Origin: Minisyncoccota bacterium
GTDB taxonomy: Bacteria; Patescibacteriota; Minisyncoccia; Phycocordibacterales; UBA1006
Reading direction: 5' to 3'
DNA: 64,000 bases
NCBI GenBank assembly: GCA_036405175.1
Contig: DASWYC010000002.1
Coordinates: 603,373-667,372, forward strand
The notes beneath the pieces are model-generated. The model ran no database searches. It was not told the DNA's origin and saw only the letters and a list, made by a program, of their open reading frames with translations. Made by a program: the position numbers and the translations under genes. Shown here in pieces: positions 47,838-57,312 of this stretch; within the stretch, counting starts at the first letter, position 1, and each line of letters begins with the position of its first letter.

Positions 47838-48353
47838 ATGAAATCGATCATTCTTGGCGGTGGATGTTTCTGGTGTATAGAGGCAGTATTCCAGCAAGTG
47901 TCCGGTGTTACTAATGTGACATCGGGCTATGCTGGCGGATCAATAAAAAATCCCACATACCGAGAAGTGTGTAATGGGTTAACTGGGCATGTTGAAGTGG
48001 TGAAGGTTGAGTACGATGAGTCGCAAGTTTCACTCAAAGAATTGCTAGAAATATTTTTTGAAATACATGATCCAACATCATTTGATCGGCAGGGAGCTGA
48101 TGTGGGAACACAATATCGTTCAATAATTTTCTATACCGATCCAGAAGACAAACATACTATTTGTGAGACAATAACAGAAATCACCAATGATAAGAAGTTT
48201 GCAGATCCTATTGTGACGCTGGTAAAGCCACTTGATGAGTTTTATCCAGCAGAGGATTATCATCAGGATTACTACAATAATAATAAAGATGCGCCATACT
48301 GTGCGTTGGTCATATCACCCAAGCTAGAGAAGCTCAAAAAACTTCAGCACTAA
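47838..48353 (+). CDS. msrA: Peptide methionine sulfoxide reductase A
   Basis: GGGCFWCIE, SGYAGG, TGHVEVV, HDPT..RQG.D.GTQYRS, AEDYHQDY. Confidence 0.97.
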   Translation: MKSIILGGGCFWCIEAVFQQVSGVTNVTSGYAGGSIKNPTYREVCNGLTGHVEVVKVEYDESQVSLKELLEIFFEIHDPTSFDRQGADVGTQYRSIIFYTDPEDKHTICETITEITNDKKFADPIVTLVKPLDEFYPAEDYHQDYYNNNKDAPYCALVISPKLEKLKKLQH

Positions 48354-48788
48354 TTATTTATCTGTCAACTTTTGAAGAAGCTCTTTCTGGTCTTCAAGGT
48401 GCTTAAGGATAATTTCAATCTCTTGTTCAGATTTAACATTAACTTCGTAATCAGACTGCGCCCTAATCGCAGTCTGCTTATTTTCCAGAGTTTGCCCAAT
48501 TAAAATAAGAGGAAGGAGAAAAAGTTGAATTACATTTGAAATGAAAAGCCAAAGGACAAAGCTTGGAAAGGTATCAAAACGGAACTCAGCTGGCGCAAAC
48601 GTATTCCACCCAAACCAAAGAATGGTAAAGGTAAGAATAATATTAAAAAATCCAATAGTACCAATTTTGTTGGTTACTGAAAGGGCAAACTTTTCAGAAG
48701 GAGAGAGCTTTTGGCTATATTCCTTAAGGGTATCTCGTACCGGTTTGCGGCGAGAAATGACTTCATTAGTATCCGGAATGTGGTGCAT
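48354..48788 (-). CDS. DUF1003 membrane protein
   Basis: FDTFPSFVLW..SNVIQLFLLPLILIGQ..DYEVNVKSEQEI. Confidence 0.88.
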   Translation of the reverse strand: MHHIPDTNEVISRRKPVRDTLKEYSQKLSPSEKFALSVTNKIGTIGFFNIILTFTILWFGWNTFAPAEFRFDTFPSFVLWLFISNVIQLFLLPLILIGQTLENKQTAIRAQSDYEVNVKSEQEIEIILKHLEDQKELLQKLTDK

Positions 48789-48828
48789 ATAGGGTTAGTA
48801 TACCGTAGTTAAATGGTATACTTAAGGC

Positions 48829-49500
48829 ATGTCGTATTACGATTCATTAAAACGGGTAACCATTAATCCTAAGTTTTTCCTCTACTTGGTGCTCGGGAGT
48901 GCATTTGCGGTATTTTTGGCATCACTTACTACGATTACGCCGCATTCTTTAGGGCTTTTACATAAAAATTTGTTGCTCGCATGGATTCCACTCTTTGCGG
49001 CACTCATCGGGCGACTCCTTAAAGAGGTGGATTATATTGGATATCCGCTTTGGTTAATTTCTTTGGTAATTTGGATTTTCTTTTTGCCAAACTCATTCTA
49101 TGTGGTGACCGACTTTATTCATTTAGGTGAAGGACCTGGTGTGCTCTTCTGGCTAAAGAATTTAACACTCTATTTGTCTGCAACTATTTCTTTACTAGCA
49201 GGAGTATACTCAATTGAATTGGTTCGCCCGCAACTCTTCTCATTTCAGCGATTGCATCTATGGTGGTTGTTTAATATTGTAATTTCATTCTTGGTGGGAA
49301 TTGGTGTATATCTTGGACGATTCTCGCGCCTTAATAGTTGGGATGTATTGGAGCCGGCTAAAATTGCTGATTCAATTAAAACATTACTCGACCAGCACCT
49401 GGTGATTTCTGAATGGGGATTTGTGGCTATCTTCTCATTCATTACGTTGATTTTTATTAATATTTTTCACTCACTCATTTCGCGAACAATTGGGGAATAG
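48829..49500 (+). CDS. DUF1361 membrane protein
   Basis: NLLLAWIP, WIFFLPNSFYVVTDFIHL, GVYLGRFSRLNSWD. Confidence 0.9.
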   Translation: MSYYDSLKRVTINPKFFLYLVLGSAFAVFLASLTTITPHSLGLLHKNLLLAWIPLFAALIGRLLKEVDYIGYPLWLISLVIWIFFLPNSFYVVTDFIHLGEGPGVLFWLKNLTLYLSATISLLAGVYSIELVRPQLFSFQRLHLWWLFNIVISFLVGIGVYLGRFSRLNSWDVLEPAKIADSIKTLLDQHLVISEWGFVAIFSFITLIFINIFHSLISRTIGE

Positions 49501-49553
49501 CAAAACGCCCTTCAGAAAAGGGCGTTTCAATTAATCTTAAAATCCTGTTAAAT

Positions 49554-50006
49554 TTATACCAGTGAGCTTTTTACCTGATAGAGGAATATGGTGCCTATAA
49601 ATTTAACAAAATCATCCAGCGAATCTTTAAGGGCGTTGAGTTTTGTAGTAAACCAAGTTTTAACATTTTTAAATTCTGACTCACTAATTACTTCGGTAAA
49701 TGCAGTAATGAAACTTTCAAGTGAGGTTTTTGTTTTACCTAACTTCTTAAGAATGGTAGCAGCTAAAGCTTTTAGATATCCAACATCTGCTGCGTTGAAC
49801 CTATAAGATGGTGTAGTTGCTACCAAATTTAATTCAAAAGTTAATTCTGATGGGCTATCGTAGAAAACTTTCTGTAACTTTTCAAAAAAGTTTGCATCCA
49901 CCACATTATCACCTATCATGTAGGAGGTAGTTAATGTCTGATTTGCACTTTTTCCGGCTGCTACATTGGCAATGGAAGATCCAGAAGAATCAAATTGTTT
50001 TTTCAT
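49554..50006 (-). CDS. Hypothetical protein with amphipathic C-terminal helices (orphan unit)
   Basis: Promoter TTGCCA-17-TACAGT (50114-50142), long A/T-rich leader, terminator at 49503-49527. Confidence 0.6.
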   Translation of the reverse strand: MKKQFDSSGSSIANVAAGKSANQTLTTSYMIGDNVVDANFFEKLQKVFYDSPSELTFELNLVATTPSYRFNAADVGYLKALAATILKKLGKTKTSLESFITAFTEVISESEFKNVKTWFTTKLNALKDSLDDFVKFIGTIFLYQVKSSLV

Positions 50007-50227
50007 GATACACAAAAATAAATAAGGTTAAAAATTGATTGAATTTTTTACTCTCTCAAAAATCCTGTCTGCGGGGACAGCGCATGAAGAATTTTTAAGG
50101 ATATTAGATTCCTACTGTACTACGCTTCACATAATTTGGCAATACCTGTCAATCGAGTCTGTTGAAAACCTTGAAAACTCAATACTTGCATGACATCCTC
50201 AACAATATTTGTTACTATTACGAGAGT

Positions 50228-51667
50228 ATGAAGGATAAAAACACACCTATCACACCACGCGCTGAAGATTACAGTCAGTGGTATTTGGACGTTATCAGAG
50301 AAGCTGATTTGTGTGATTATTCTCCCGTAAAAGGATGTATGATCCTGAAGCCTCGCGGATATGCGTTATGGGAACAAGCAGTGTCATTTTTGGATGCAGA
50401 AATTAAAAAGTCTGGAGTACAAAACGCCTATTTTCCATTATTTATTCCTCAGCGCCTCCTTACTAAAGAAAAAGAACACGTAGAAGGATTTGCGCCAGAA
50501 CTTGCAATCGTAACTCATGGGGGCGGTGAAGCATTGGATGAGCCATTGGTTGTGCGTCCAACCTCAGAAACTATTATGTATGAGACCTTTAAAGATTGGG
50601 TTCAATCATATCGTGATTTGCCATTGTTGATTAATCAATGGGCAAACGTAGTACGTTGGGAAAAGAAAACCAAGCCATTCCTCAGAACCACCGAATTTTT
50701 ATGGCAAGAAGGTCACACCGTGCATGCAACATATGAAGAAGCAGAGCAGCGAACGTTGGATATGCTTGATATGTATCGTCGGTATTCAGAAAAAATGTTG
50801 GCACTTCCAGTAATTGTTGGACAAAAGACCGAGCAGGAAAAGTTTGCCGGTGCTCTTAAAACCTACACGTGCGAAGCAATGATGCAGGATGGAAAAGCAC
50901 TTCAGTTTGCAACCTCACATAACCTTGGACAAAACTTTGCTAAAGCATTTGAAATTAATTTCTTAACTGAAAAAAATGAATACGAATTTGGATGGCAAAC
51001 CTCATGGGGGGTAACTACTCGTTCAATTGGGGGAATGATCATGGCGCACTCAGATGATAAAGGATTAGTGATTCCACCAAATATGGCTGCAACAAAGGTT
51101 GTGATTATTCCATTCTTAAAGGGTGGAGAAGATGATGCTAAGGTGCTTGCATACGCAGAACAGCTTGCAAGTGAACTTAAAAATAACTCAATTACCGCAA
51201 CTATTGATGTGACCGATAAACGTCCTGGAGAAAAGCACTATCAGCATGAACGATTTGGTACACCAATTCGTATTGAAGTGGGTGGGCGTGAGCTTGAGAA
51301 TAACTCATTTGTATACATTGCTCGCGATCTTTCAGAAAAACAAACTGCAGAATCTAAAAATCTTGTAGAGACCATTAAGAATGAGCTTACCAATATGCAT
51401 GGACGTCTTTTTGATATCGTGCAAAATCGCCTTGATACTAACATTCAAGATGTTTCAACCTACGAAGAATTTAAACAAGCAATTGAAGATGGAAAGTTTG
51501 TACGCTGTTTCTTTGACGGCACCGCAAAAACTGAAGAACTTATTAAAGAAGAAACTGGTGCATCAACACGGTGTTATCCGCTTTCAGAAGTCGAACAGTC
51601 TGGCATCTGTATTAAGACAGGTGTTCCGGTAACATCTAAGAAAGTTATCTTTGCGCGTGCGTATTAG
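50228..51667 (+). CDS. proS: Proline--tRNA ligase (archaeal/eukaryal type)
   Basis: KEKEHVEGFAPE, RPTSET, NQWANVVRWE, FLRTTEFLWQEGHT, TSWGVTTR, terminal FARAY. Confidence 0.97.
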   Translation: MKDKNTPITPRAEDYSQWYLDVIREADLCDYSPVKGCMILKPRGYALWEQAVSFLDAEIKKSGVQNAYFPLFIPQRLLTKEKEHVEGFAPELAIVTHGGGEALDEPLVVRPTSETIMYETFKDWVQSYRDLPLLINQWANVVRWEKKTKPFLRTTEFLWQEGHTVHATYEEAEQRTLDMLDMYRRYSEKMLALPVIVGQKTEQEKFAGALKTYTCEAMMQDGKALQFATSHNLGQNFAKAFEINFLTEKNEYEFGWQTSWGVTTRSIGGMIMAHSDDKGLVIPPNMAATKVVIIPFLKGGEDDAKVLAYAEQLASELKNNSITATIDVTDKRPGEKHYQHERFGTPIRIEVGGRELENNSFVYIARDLSEKQTAESKNLVETIKNELTNMHGRLFDIVQNRLDTNIQDVSTYEEFKQAIEDGKFVRCFFDGTAKTEELIKEETGASTRCYPLSEVEQSGICIKTGVPVTSKKVIFARAY

Positions 51668-51670
51668 CTT

Positions 51671-52084
51671 ATGGATTTTGCAGAAATGTTGCTCACACAT
51701 GACCTGCGCCCAACAGAAAAGCGTGTTAAACTCTTTGAATTACTCTATTACACCAATAAGCCAGTAACTATTGAAACGATTCATAAAAAGCTGAAGCGAT
51801 TCATGGATAAAGTGACTATTTATCGCAATCTTGAACAACTCGTTGCTGTTGGATTGGTACAAAAGTCTGACTTTTTGCATGGTGCATCATATTTTGAATA
51901 CAAAGAAGACGGTAAGCAGAATTATCATATTACCTGCAGAATCTGTGGAAGTGTGAGTCACTTTTACGATGAAAAGCTTGAGAAGGTGCTTACATCAATT
52001 CAAAAAATCCGAGGATACAGAGAAGTGACAGGTCATTCATGTGAGTTTTTTGGTGTATGTTCACGTTGTAAGGCAGACAAATAG
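51671..52084 (+). CDS. Fur family transcriptional regulator
   Basis: VTIYRNLEQL, HITCRICG, GVCSRC. Confidence 0.92.
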   Translation: MDFAEMLLTHDLRPTEKRVKLFELLYYTNKPVTIETIHKKLKRFMDKVTIYRNLEQLVAVGLVQKSDFLHGASYFEYKEDGKQNYHITCRICGSVSHFYDEKLEKVLTSIQKIRGYREVTGHSCEFFGVCSRCKADK

Positions 52085-52165
52085 CTGCCACTGTACGCAC
52101 ATAGTGAAAAGTGGCCTAATAGAAAATTCACTCAAGAAAAAGAGCTCAAATGCTATACTTATTCT

Positions 52166-53425
52166 ATGGAAAAGAATAAAAATAAGATGCTCTTTACGAT
52201 CTTTTTGGTGGTATTCCTTGATTTGCTTGGCCTTACTATTGCGATTCCGGTAATTACACCGCTTTTTATTGATCACTCTCTTGGACTTTTTGATGTTGAT
52301 CTTCCATACAAAGCACGCACTTTTTATTTAGGGTGTATTGTGGCACTCTATCCGCTCATGCAGCTTTTTGGTGCACCGCTTATTGGGCGCTGGTCAGATA
52401 AAGTAGGTCGTAAGCGTGCACTGATGGTGTCATTGATTGGAACATTTTTTGGACACATCTTATTTGCATTAGGGGTTATTTTGCGCAATGTGCCGCTGTT
52501 GTATGTATCGCGTGGAATCGATGGGTTTACCGGCGGAAATATTTCTGTAGTGCAATCAATCATTGCAGATGTGAGTGAGCCACAGGAAAAAGCTAAAAAC
52601 TTTGGAATTGTTGGAATGGGGGTAGGGCTTGGGCTTATTCTTGGGCCTGCGCTTGGAGGTGTGCTTTCTGATGCAACAATTTTCCCATGGTTTGGGCCAG
52701 CCTTGCCGTTTATTGTGTCGGGAATCCTAACAGCCATTAATGTGTGGTTTGTTGAGAAATATATTAAAGAAACACTGCATTCTAAAGTTTCAAAAGATGT
52801 CACACCACGTCTTAATATGTGGCAGAGTCTTAAAACGGTGTTTGGTAACAAGACCATCCGTTCACTCTATCTGACAACATTTTTGTTTATGGCAGGGTTT
52901 ACGTTCTTTACTCAGTTCTTCCAAGTATTTGCAATTGATCGTTTTGAGTTATCTCAGCGCAACATTGGATTTATCTTTGCATTGGTAGGAGTATTTGTTG
53001 CACTTACACAAGGGGTGCTGGTGCGTAATCAGCCAAAACATTGGAAGAATTATAATATTCCACTCTCAATGCTTTTAATGCTCGGAACTATTTTTATTCT
53101 CTTGTCTGCATCAACGATGGTCTGGCACGTATTAATTTTAATTCCACCAATTGCTGTTGGGATTGGAATGAGTATGCCAAATGTTAAATCTCTGCTTTCT
53201 AACGCAACCGATGAAAATATGCAGGGAGAGGTGTTGGGAATTGAACAATCGTTAAATGCATTAGCAAACGCTATCCCTCCATTGATTGCGGGGGTGATTG
53301 CAGGAATCCAGCCAAATCTGCCAATGATCGCTGCGGGGGTTGTTGTGTTGTTTGCATGGATAAGTTACACACGCTCACGACAGCTTTATCTTAAGCGCTA
53401 CGTTCATACACAAAAAACCAGCTAA
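52166..53425 (+). CDS. MFS transporter (TetA/DHA1-like)
   Basis: GRWSDKVGRKR, RGIDGFTGGNISV, GLILGPALGG; about 12 TM. Confidence 0.93.
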   Translation: MEKNKNKMLFTIFLVVFLDLLGLTIAIPVITPLFIDHSLGLFDVDLPYKARTFYLGCIVALYPLMQLFGAPLIGRWSDKVGRKRALMVSLIGTFFGHILFALGVILRNVPLLYVSRGIDGFTGGNISVVQSIIADVSEPQEKAKNFGIVGMGVGLGLILGPALGGVLSDATIFPWFGPALPFIVSGILTAINVWFVEKYIKETLHSKVSKDVTPRLNMWQSLKTVFGNKTIRSLYLTTFLFMAGFTFFTQFFQVFAIDRFELSQRNIGFIFALVGVFVALTQGVLVRNQPKHWKNYNIPLSMLLMLGTIFILLSASTMVWHVLILIPPIAVGIGMSMPNVKSLLSNATDENMQGEVLGIEQSLNALANAIPPLIAGVIAGIQPNLPMIAAGVVVLFAWISYTRSRQLYLKRYVHTQKTS

Positions 53426-53456
53426 CGAGCTGGTTTTTATAATACTTTCAAAATAG

Positions 53457-56204
53457 TTATTCTCGCTTAAATCGTCCAAAGATTTCTGCTTCAACTTCAG
53501 CCCGTATGTGGCCATGTTTAAGTTGAGATAATTCTTTAAGCTTATCAATATTATCCCGATTACCTTGAGGAAGCTCTAGCGTGTGGATATTAAATGCTCG
53601 TTGAGGAACACCGCCAGACAGCATAGAAACATATGCATTTCGGTTCTTCTGTTTAATAATATCTTCCTTGGTAAACACTGGGTCAAGACGCTTTTGTAGC
53701 TGTTCTGCATCGTCAGGGTCAACACGGAAAATTGCCATGGTTCCAACGTTTCCAAATACTGCATTTCTAATACCATCATCAAGCTGGCGCAAATACTGGT
53801 GAGCAACATTCAATGACAATCTATATTTACGAGCTTCAGACAAGATAGATGCAATTGATGGAGTTGTAACATTCTGGAACTCATCTAAGTACAGATAAAA
53901 ATCTTTATGTTGTTGTCCATATGCTGCACCAGCACGCCCGAGTGCTGCCATTTGGATTTTGTTCACGAGCACCAATCCAATCAAACTTGCATTGAGTTCT
54001 CCAAGGCGACCCTTAGAAAGATTTACAATTAAAATCTTTCCTTGATCCATGATCTCGCGAATATTTATTGAAGATTTTTGCTGCAAAATAATGGGGCGCA
54101 AAAATTCATTAGTAATGAATGGGTCAAAGAAGCGGGTAACATAGGGAACAAAGTTTTCGAGTGCTTGATCACCTTTAGCCTTTTTGGCATTCTCAAAGAA
54201 CTGATTAATGATAGGATTTTTACATTTTGCTAATTTTGCTTCCCGGAATGCCTCATCACCCAAAACACGGGTAATTTCAAGCAAAGTGCTTCCAGACTCA
54301 GGATCTTCCATTACGAGCATTGCTGAGTTTTTAAAGTATTGTTCAAATGCAGGACCAGCTGTTGCTTTCATATCAAAGAGCTTGTTAAAAATCACCATAA
54401 GCTCATCAATTACTAACGTCTTTTGTTCGGGGAATAGAGGATCATATTCCAACATGTTAAGCCCCATGGGTCGTTCGGTATTTGCAGGATCAAAGTAAAT
54501 CACATCATCAATACGATGCGGTGGAATCAAAGAAAGAATCGTTTGTGCGTCAGTTCCGTGTGGATCAATATAGCAAACACCTTCGCCGTTATTAATATCC
54601 TGGAGAATCATGGTCAAAAGCGTTCCGGTCTTTCCGGTTCCTGTTTGTCCAATTGCATAAAAGTGGCGCATGCGATCATCCTTTGGATAATGAATTTCAG
54701 TATCTTTACCAGCATTATTATTAATGCCTAAAAGAATTCCTTCTTGAACAAGCTCAAGCGGAGCTGGGGCAGTTTTTGCTTCATTGAATTTAACTTCTGG
54801 GATAAGGTTCTGGCTGAGTTGAGGGAAGTGGAAAATAGTTGCCAACTCTTCTGAGCTTAGAATAAATTTACTGTTGCCTCCAAATTCGCGGAAGATAAAT
54901 TTGGTGATAAAGGTTTCCATGCTTTTATCTGGAACACGGCTCACGACATATGAGTTTCCCGAAGGGTGACGTAAGTGCATGATTGATCCACCAACTTCAG
55001 TAATCAGCGCATCAGACTTTTGCTTGCTTTGGGTACACACTACAATGTTCATTGAAACGCGGAACAAGTGGTGACCAAGTTTTTTCTGAAGGAGACCTTG
55101 GCGCTCAGAGTCATTATGATTAAGTGAATCTTTTTTGTCCTCATCAGATCTACCACTTAAAAAGAGGGAGTTGAGCGCTTTTGAAACAGCATGTTGAGAC
55201 GCTTCTTCTATTGCTTCTTTCATCTTTTTTCCTTTTTGAAGCAACTTATTCACTTCTTCAAGTTCTTTTCGATCTTCTTTCTTTTCAGTTGCTACCGTAA
55301 TTTGAATCGTGGCGCCTTCCGTTTCTTTTTCAAGACGAGACAACATATTAACAATTACCTGAAGCGGATCAGTTTCATAATCGTTATATGAGGGAAGGGT
55401 ATATGATGAATGTTCTTTAAGGTGAACTTCTGCAGCTGCAAGATATCCAGACTCCAAAAACATATTGGTATCATCAAGAAGTTCTTTTACTTGAATGGTT
55501 GGGAAAAATCCAATGATCGATTTCTCAATTGCTGTTTTTGATTCTTTTGGTACGGCAACAAAAAACACAATTTGTCCACGTGAAGGAATGAATGAGATTT
55601 CAAAATTAATACTTTCGTTTTCGCCAAGCATTGAAGATATAGAGGTATACACTTGTTCCATGGTTGCAGCTAATGCTTTGTGAGATGTTCGTTCGCCTTG
55701 ATGATCAGGAGCAATAGTAATTTCAAGAAGTGTCTTGTGAGTTGGTTCAAAAAAACGGGACTCAATCTTAAGTTCTTGCCCATTCATTTTTTGATATGCG
55801 CGAACATACTGGATAAGAAAGCGATGAAAATCATCTTCAATATGAGGATTATGAAGACCTTCAACAAGTGCCAGTGTTTTTGCAATGCCATGCGCTTCTA
55901 AAAATGAAAAGAGCACCTGCATGTTTTGGTCATGAGATTCCGGAGTAAGAAGCTGTTGAACTTCTTGAAAGAGTGGTTGATGCTGTGCAACTTGTTCCTG
56001 GGGAAGCTGAGGAATAGTTTGTTGAACAATCTCTTTTGATTTTACTACTTGTTCCTTAATGGGGAGGTTTTTAAATTGAGGCTGTTTAAATGCTTCATGA
56101 TTACGATAGTATTCAAGCTCCTGTTGAATGTGTGCAGGAATTTTTTCCGGGGTGGGTGCTGATGGTGCGGGTGTAAAATTAGGATTAAGAGGAATCTCAT
56201 TCAT
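53457..56204 (-). CDS. Type IV secretion coupling protein-like ATPase (VirD4/TraD/DUF87)
   Basis: RMRHFYAIGQTGTGKT, YIDPHG, LYLDEFQN, LSEARKYRL..AHQY..QL. Confidence 0.9.
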   Translation of the reverse strand: MNEIPLNPNFTPAPSAPTPEKIPAHIQQELEYYRNHEAFKQPQFKNLPIKEQVVKSKEIVQQTIPQLPQEQVAQHQPLFQEVQQLLTPESHDQNMQVLFSFLEAHGIAKTLALVEGLHNPHIEDDFHRFLIQYVRAYQKMNGQELKIESRFFEPTHKTLLEITIAPDHQGERTSHKALAATMEQVYTSISSMLGENESINFEISFIPSRGQIVFFVAVPKESKTAIEKSIIGFFPTIQVKELLDDTNMFLESGYLAAAEVHLKEHSSYTLPSYNDYETDPLQVIVNMLSRLEKETEGATIQITVATEKKEDRKELEEVNKLLQKGKKMKEAIEEASQHAVSKALNSLFLSGRSDEDKKDSLNHNDSERQGLLQKKLGHHLFRVSMNIVVCTQSKQKSDALITEVGGSIMHLRHPSGNSYVVSRVPDKSMETFITKFIFREFGGNSKFILSSEELATIFHFPQLSQNLIPEVKFNEAKTAPAPLELVQEGILLGINNNAGKDTEIHYPKDDRMRHFYAIGQTGTGKTGTLLTMILQDINNGEGVCYIDPHGTDAQTILSLIPPHRIDDVIYFDPANTERPMGLNMLEYDPLFPEQKTLVIDELMVIFNKLFDMKATAGPAFEQYFKNSAMLVMEDPESGSTLLEITRVLGDEAFREAKLAKCKNPIINQFFENAKKAKGDQALENFVPYVTRFFDPFITNEFLRPIILQQKSSINIREIMDQGKILIVNLSKGRLGELNASLIGLVLVNKIQMAALGRAGAAYGQQHKDFYLYLDEFQNVTTPSIASILSEARKYRLSLNVAHQYLRQLDDGIRNAVFGNVGTMAIFRVDPDDAEQLQKRLDPVFTKEDIIKQKNRNAYVSMLSGGVPQRAFNIHTLELPQGNRDNIDKLKELSQLKHGHIRAEVEAEIFGRFKRE

Positions 56205-56228
56205 GCGTAAATTATATCATTGTGATTT

Positions 56229-56343
56229 AAAAAACTTTCTTGAAGCCAGCGCCTCAATGTTAACGCTTGATGATTATTATAGTTGCACCCAGAGCTCGTG
56301 CTCCTTAATAGTCGTCTGTGCAACTAGTTTCAAAAAGTTTTTT
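56229..56343 (+). repeat. Structured dispersed element, copy 3 (more decayed)
   Basis: Arms AAAAAACTTTCTTGAAGC / GTTTCAAAAAGTTTTTT; core CAGCGCCTCAA..TAACGCTTGATGATTATTATAGT..GCAC..GTGC-TCCTTAATAGTCGTCTGTGCAACT. Confidence 0.85.
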
Positions 56344-56407
56344 GTGAGATTTAGTTTTTGACGATAAGGCATAAATGTGCATAATGAGAACATTAAACCT
56401 TATTAAG

Positions 56408-56554
56408 ATGGTACACCGAAAACTAAAGAGAGAAGCATCTCAGTTCAGAGCCTCAACTCGCAAAGAGAAAAAAGGAAGATATAGTAAAGCCGAAAAAGAG
56501 GATTCTAAAGACAACAGCTCAGCAGCAATTCAAACCGCTACAGCTGAAAATTAA
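56408..56554 (+). CDS. Small charged peptide, 48 aa (not in ORF track)
   Basis: MVHRKLKREASQFRASTRKEKKGRYSKAEKEDSKDNSSAAIQTATAEN; promoter TTGACG-16-CATAAT; terminator at about 56577-56605. Confidence 0.5.
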   Translation: MVHRKLKREASQFRASTRKEKKGRYSKAEKEDSKDNSSAAIQTATAEN

Positions 56555-56648
56555 ATCTTTACAGATTCTTCAGAAGAAGCCCATGGATTTTGTCTATGGG
56601 CTTTTGTTGTATAAAAACCTAGATAAAAATAAAACCCCGTTAAGGGCT

Positions 56649-56900
56649 TTATTTGAAGCTAATAACTCCAGAATCTTTAAGGGCAGCAAGTGCTCCTTTT
56701 TTAGTGATAGTGCGAAGTCCGCGAGCTGATACCAAGAGGGTAACTTCTTCGTTAAGCTCTGGAATCAAGATAGTCTTCTTGTGGAGGTTAGCTTTTTTTC
56801 GGTTGATACCGGTAGGGTTGAATTTAGTAGCACGAGTTCTGTTTGAGTACCCGCCTGCCATAATGCTTGATTTTCCGGTAATTGCGCATTGCTTTGCCAT
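56649..56900 (-). CDS. rpmB: 50S ribosomal protein L28
   Basis: MAKQCAITGK..ANLHKK..LLVSARGLRTI.K.G. Confidence 0.93.
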   Translation of the reverse strand: MAKQCAITGKSSIMAGGYSNRTRATKFNPTGINRKKANLHKKTILIPELNEEVTLLVSARGLRTITKKGALAALKDSGVISFK

Positions 56901-57014
56901 AGTTCTCCTAAAATACCATATATTATATAAATGTGCAACTAAAATAGGTGATAGTTAAAAAAGATCGAAAATCAAGTTTTATAAAGAAAAAGCCTCTTTT
57001 GGAGGCTTTAACAT

Positions 57015-57191
57015 TCAAAGCGGTTTCTTTTGGATTTTCTTGGGGCATCGCGACCTCAATTTTAAGAGAAACTTGGTGCGCAGATCACTTCTTTTAAGAG
57101 AGCCTTTGGGGCCTCTTACTAAATAGCGAACACCTTTGCCAACAGCGGACAAAAGGATGATTGACAAAAAGAGGATTTTCAAAGTTTCCAT
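57015..57191 (-). CDS. Small peptide, 58 aa, hydrophobic N-terminus and cationic tail (not in ORF track)
   Basis: METLKILFLSIILLSAVGKGVRYLVRGPKGSLKRSDLRTKFLLKLRSRCPKKIQKKPL; TTGACA at 57249-57254 (minus strand); terminator at about 56987-57009. Confidence 0.55.
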   Translation of the reverse strand: METLKILFLSIILLSAVGKGVRYLVRGPKGSLKRSDLRTKFLLKLRSRCPKKIQKKPL

Positions 57192-57312
57192 TACCTAAGT
57201 TGTGTAAAAATTCCTGACTGCTCTCATTCTCGGACATTTCACCAAAAATGTCAATAAAATTCATGAATTTTTCTGTAAGATTTGCTTGTCTGATCCGTTA
57301 TACTATACACAT

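Noticed and set aside
50100-50227. Second T-box upstream of proS
   Set aside because: There is no UGGNACC motif or stem pattern, and the -10 box lies within about 10 nt of the ATG.
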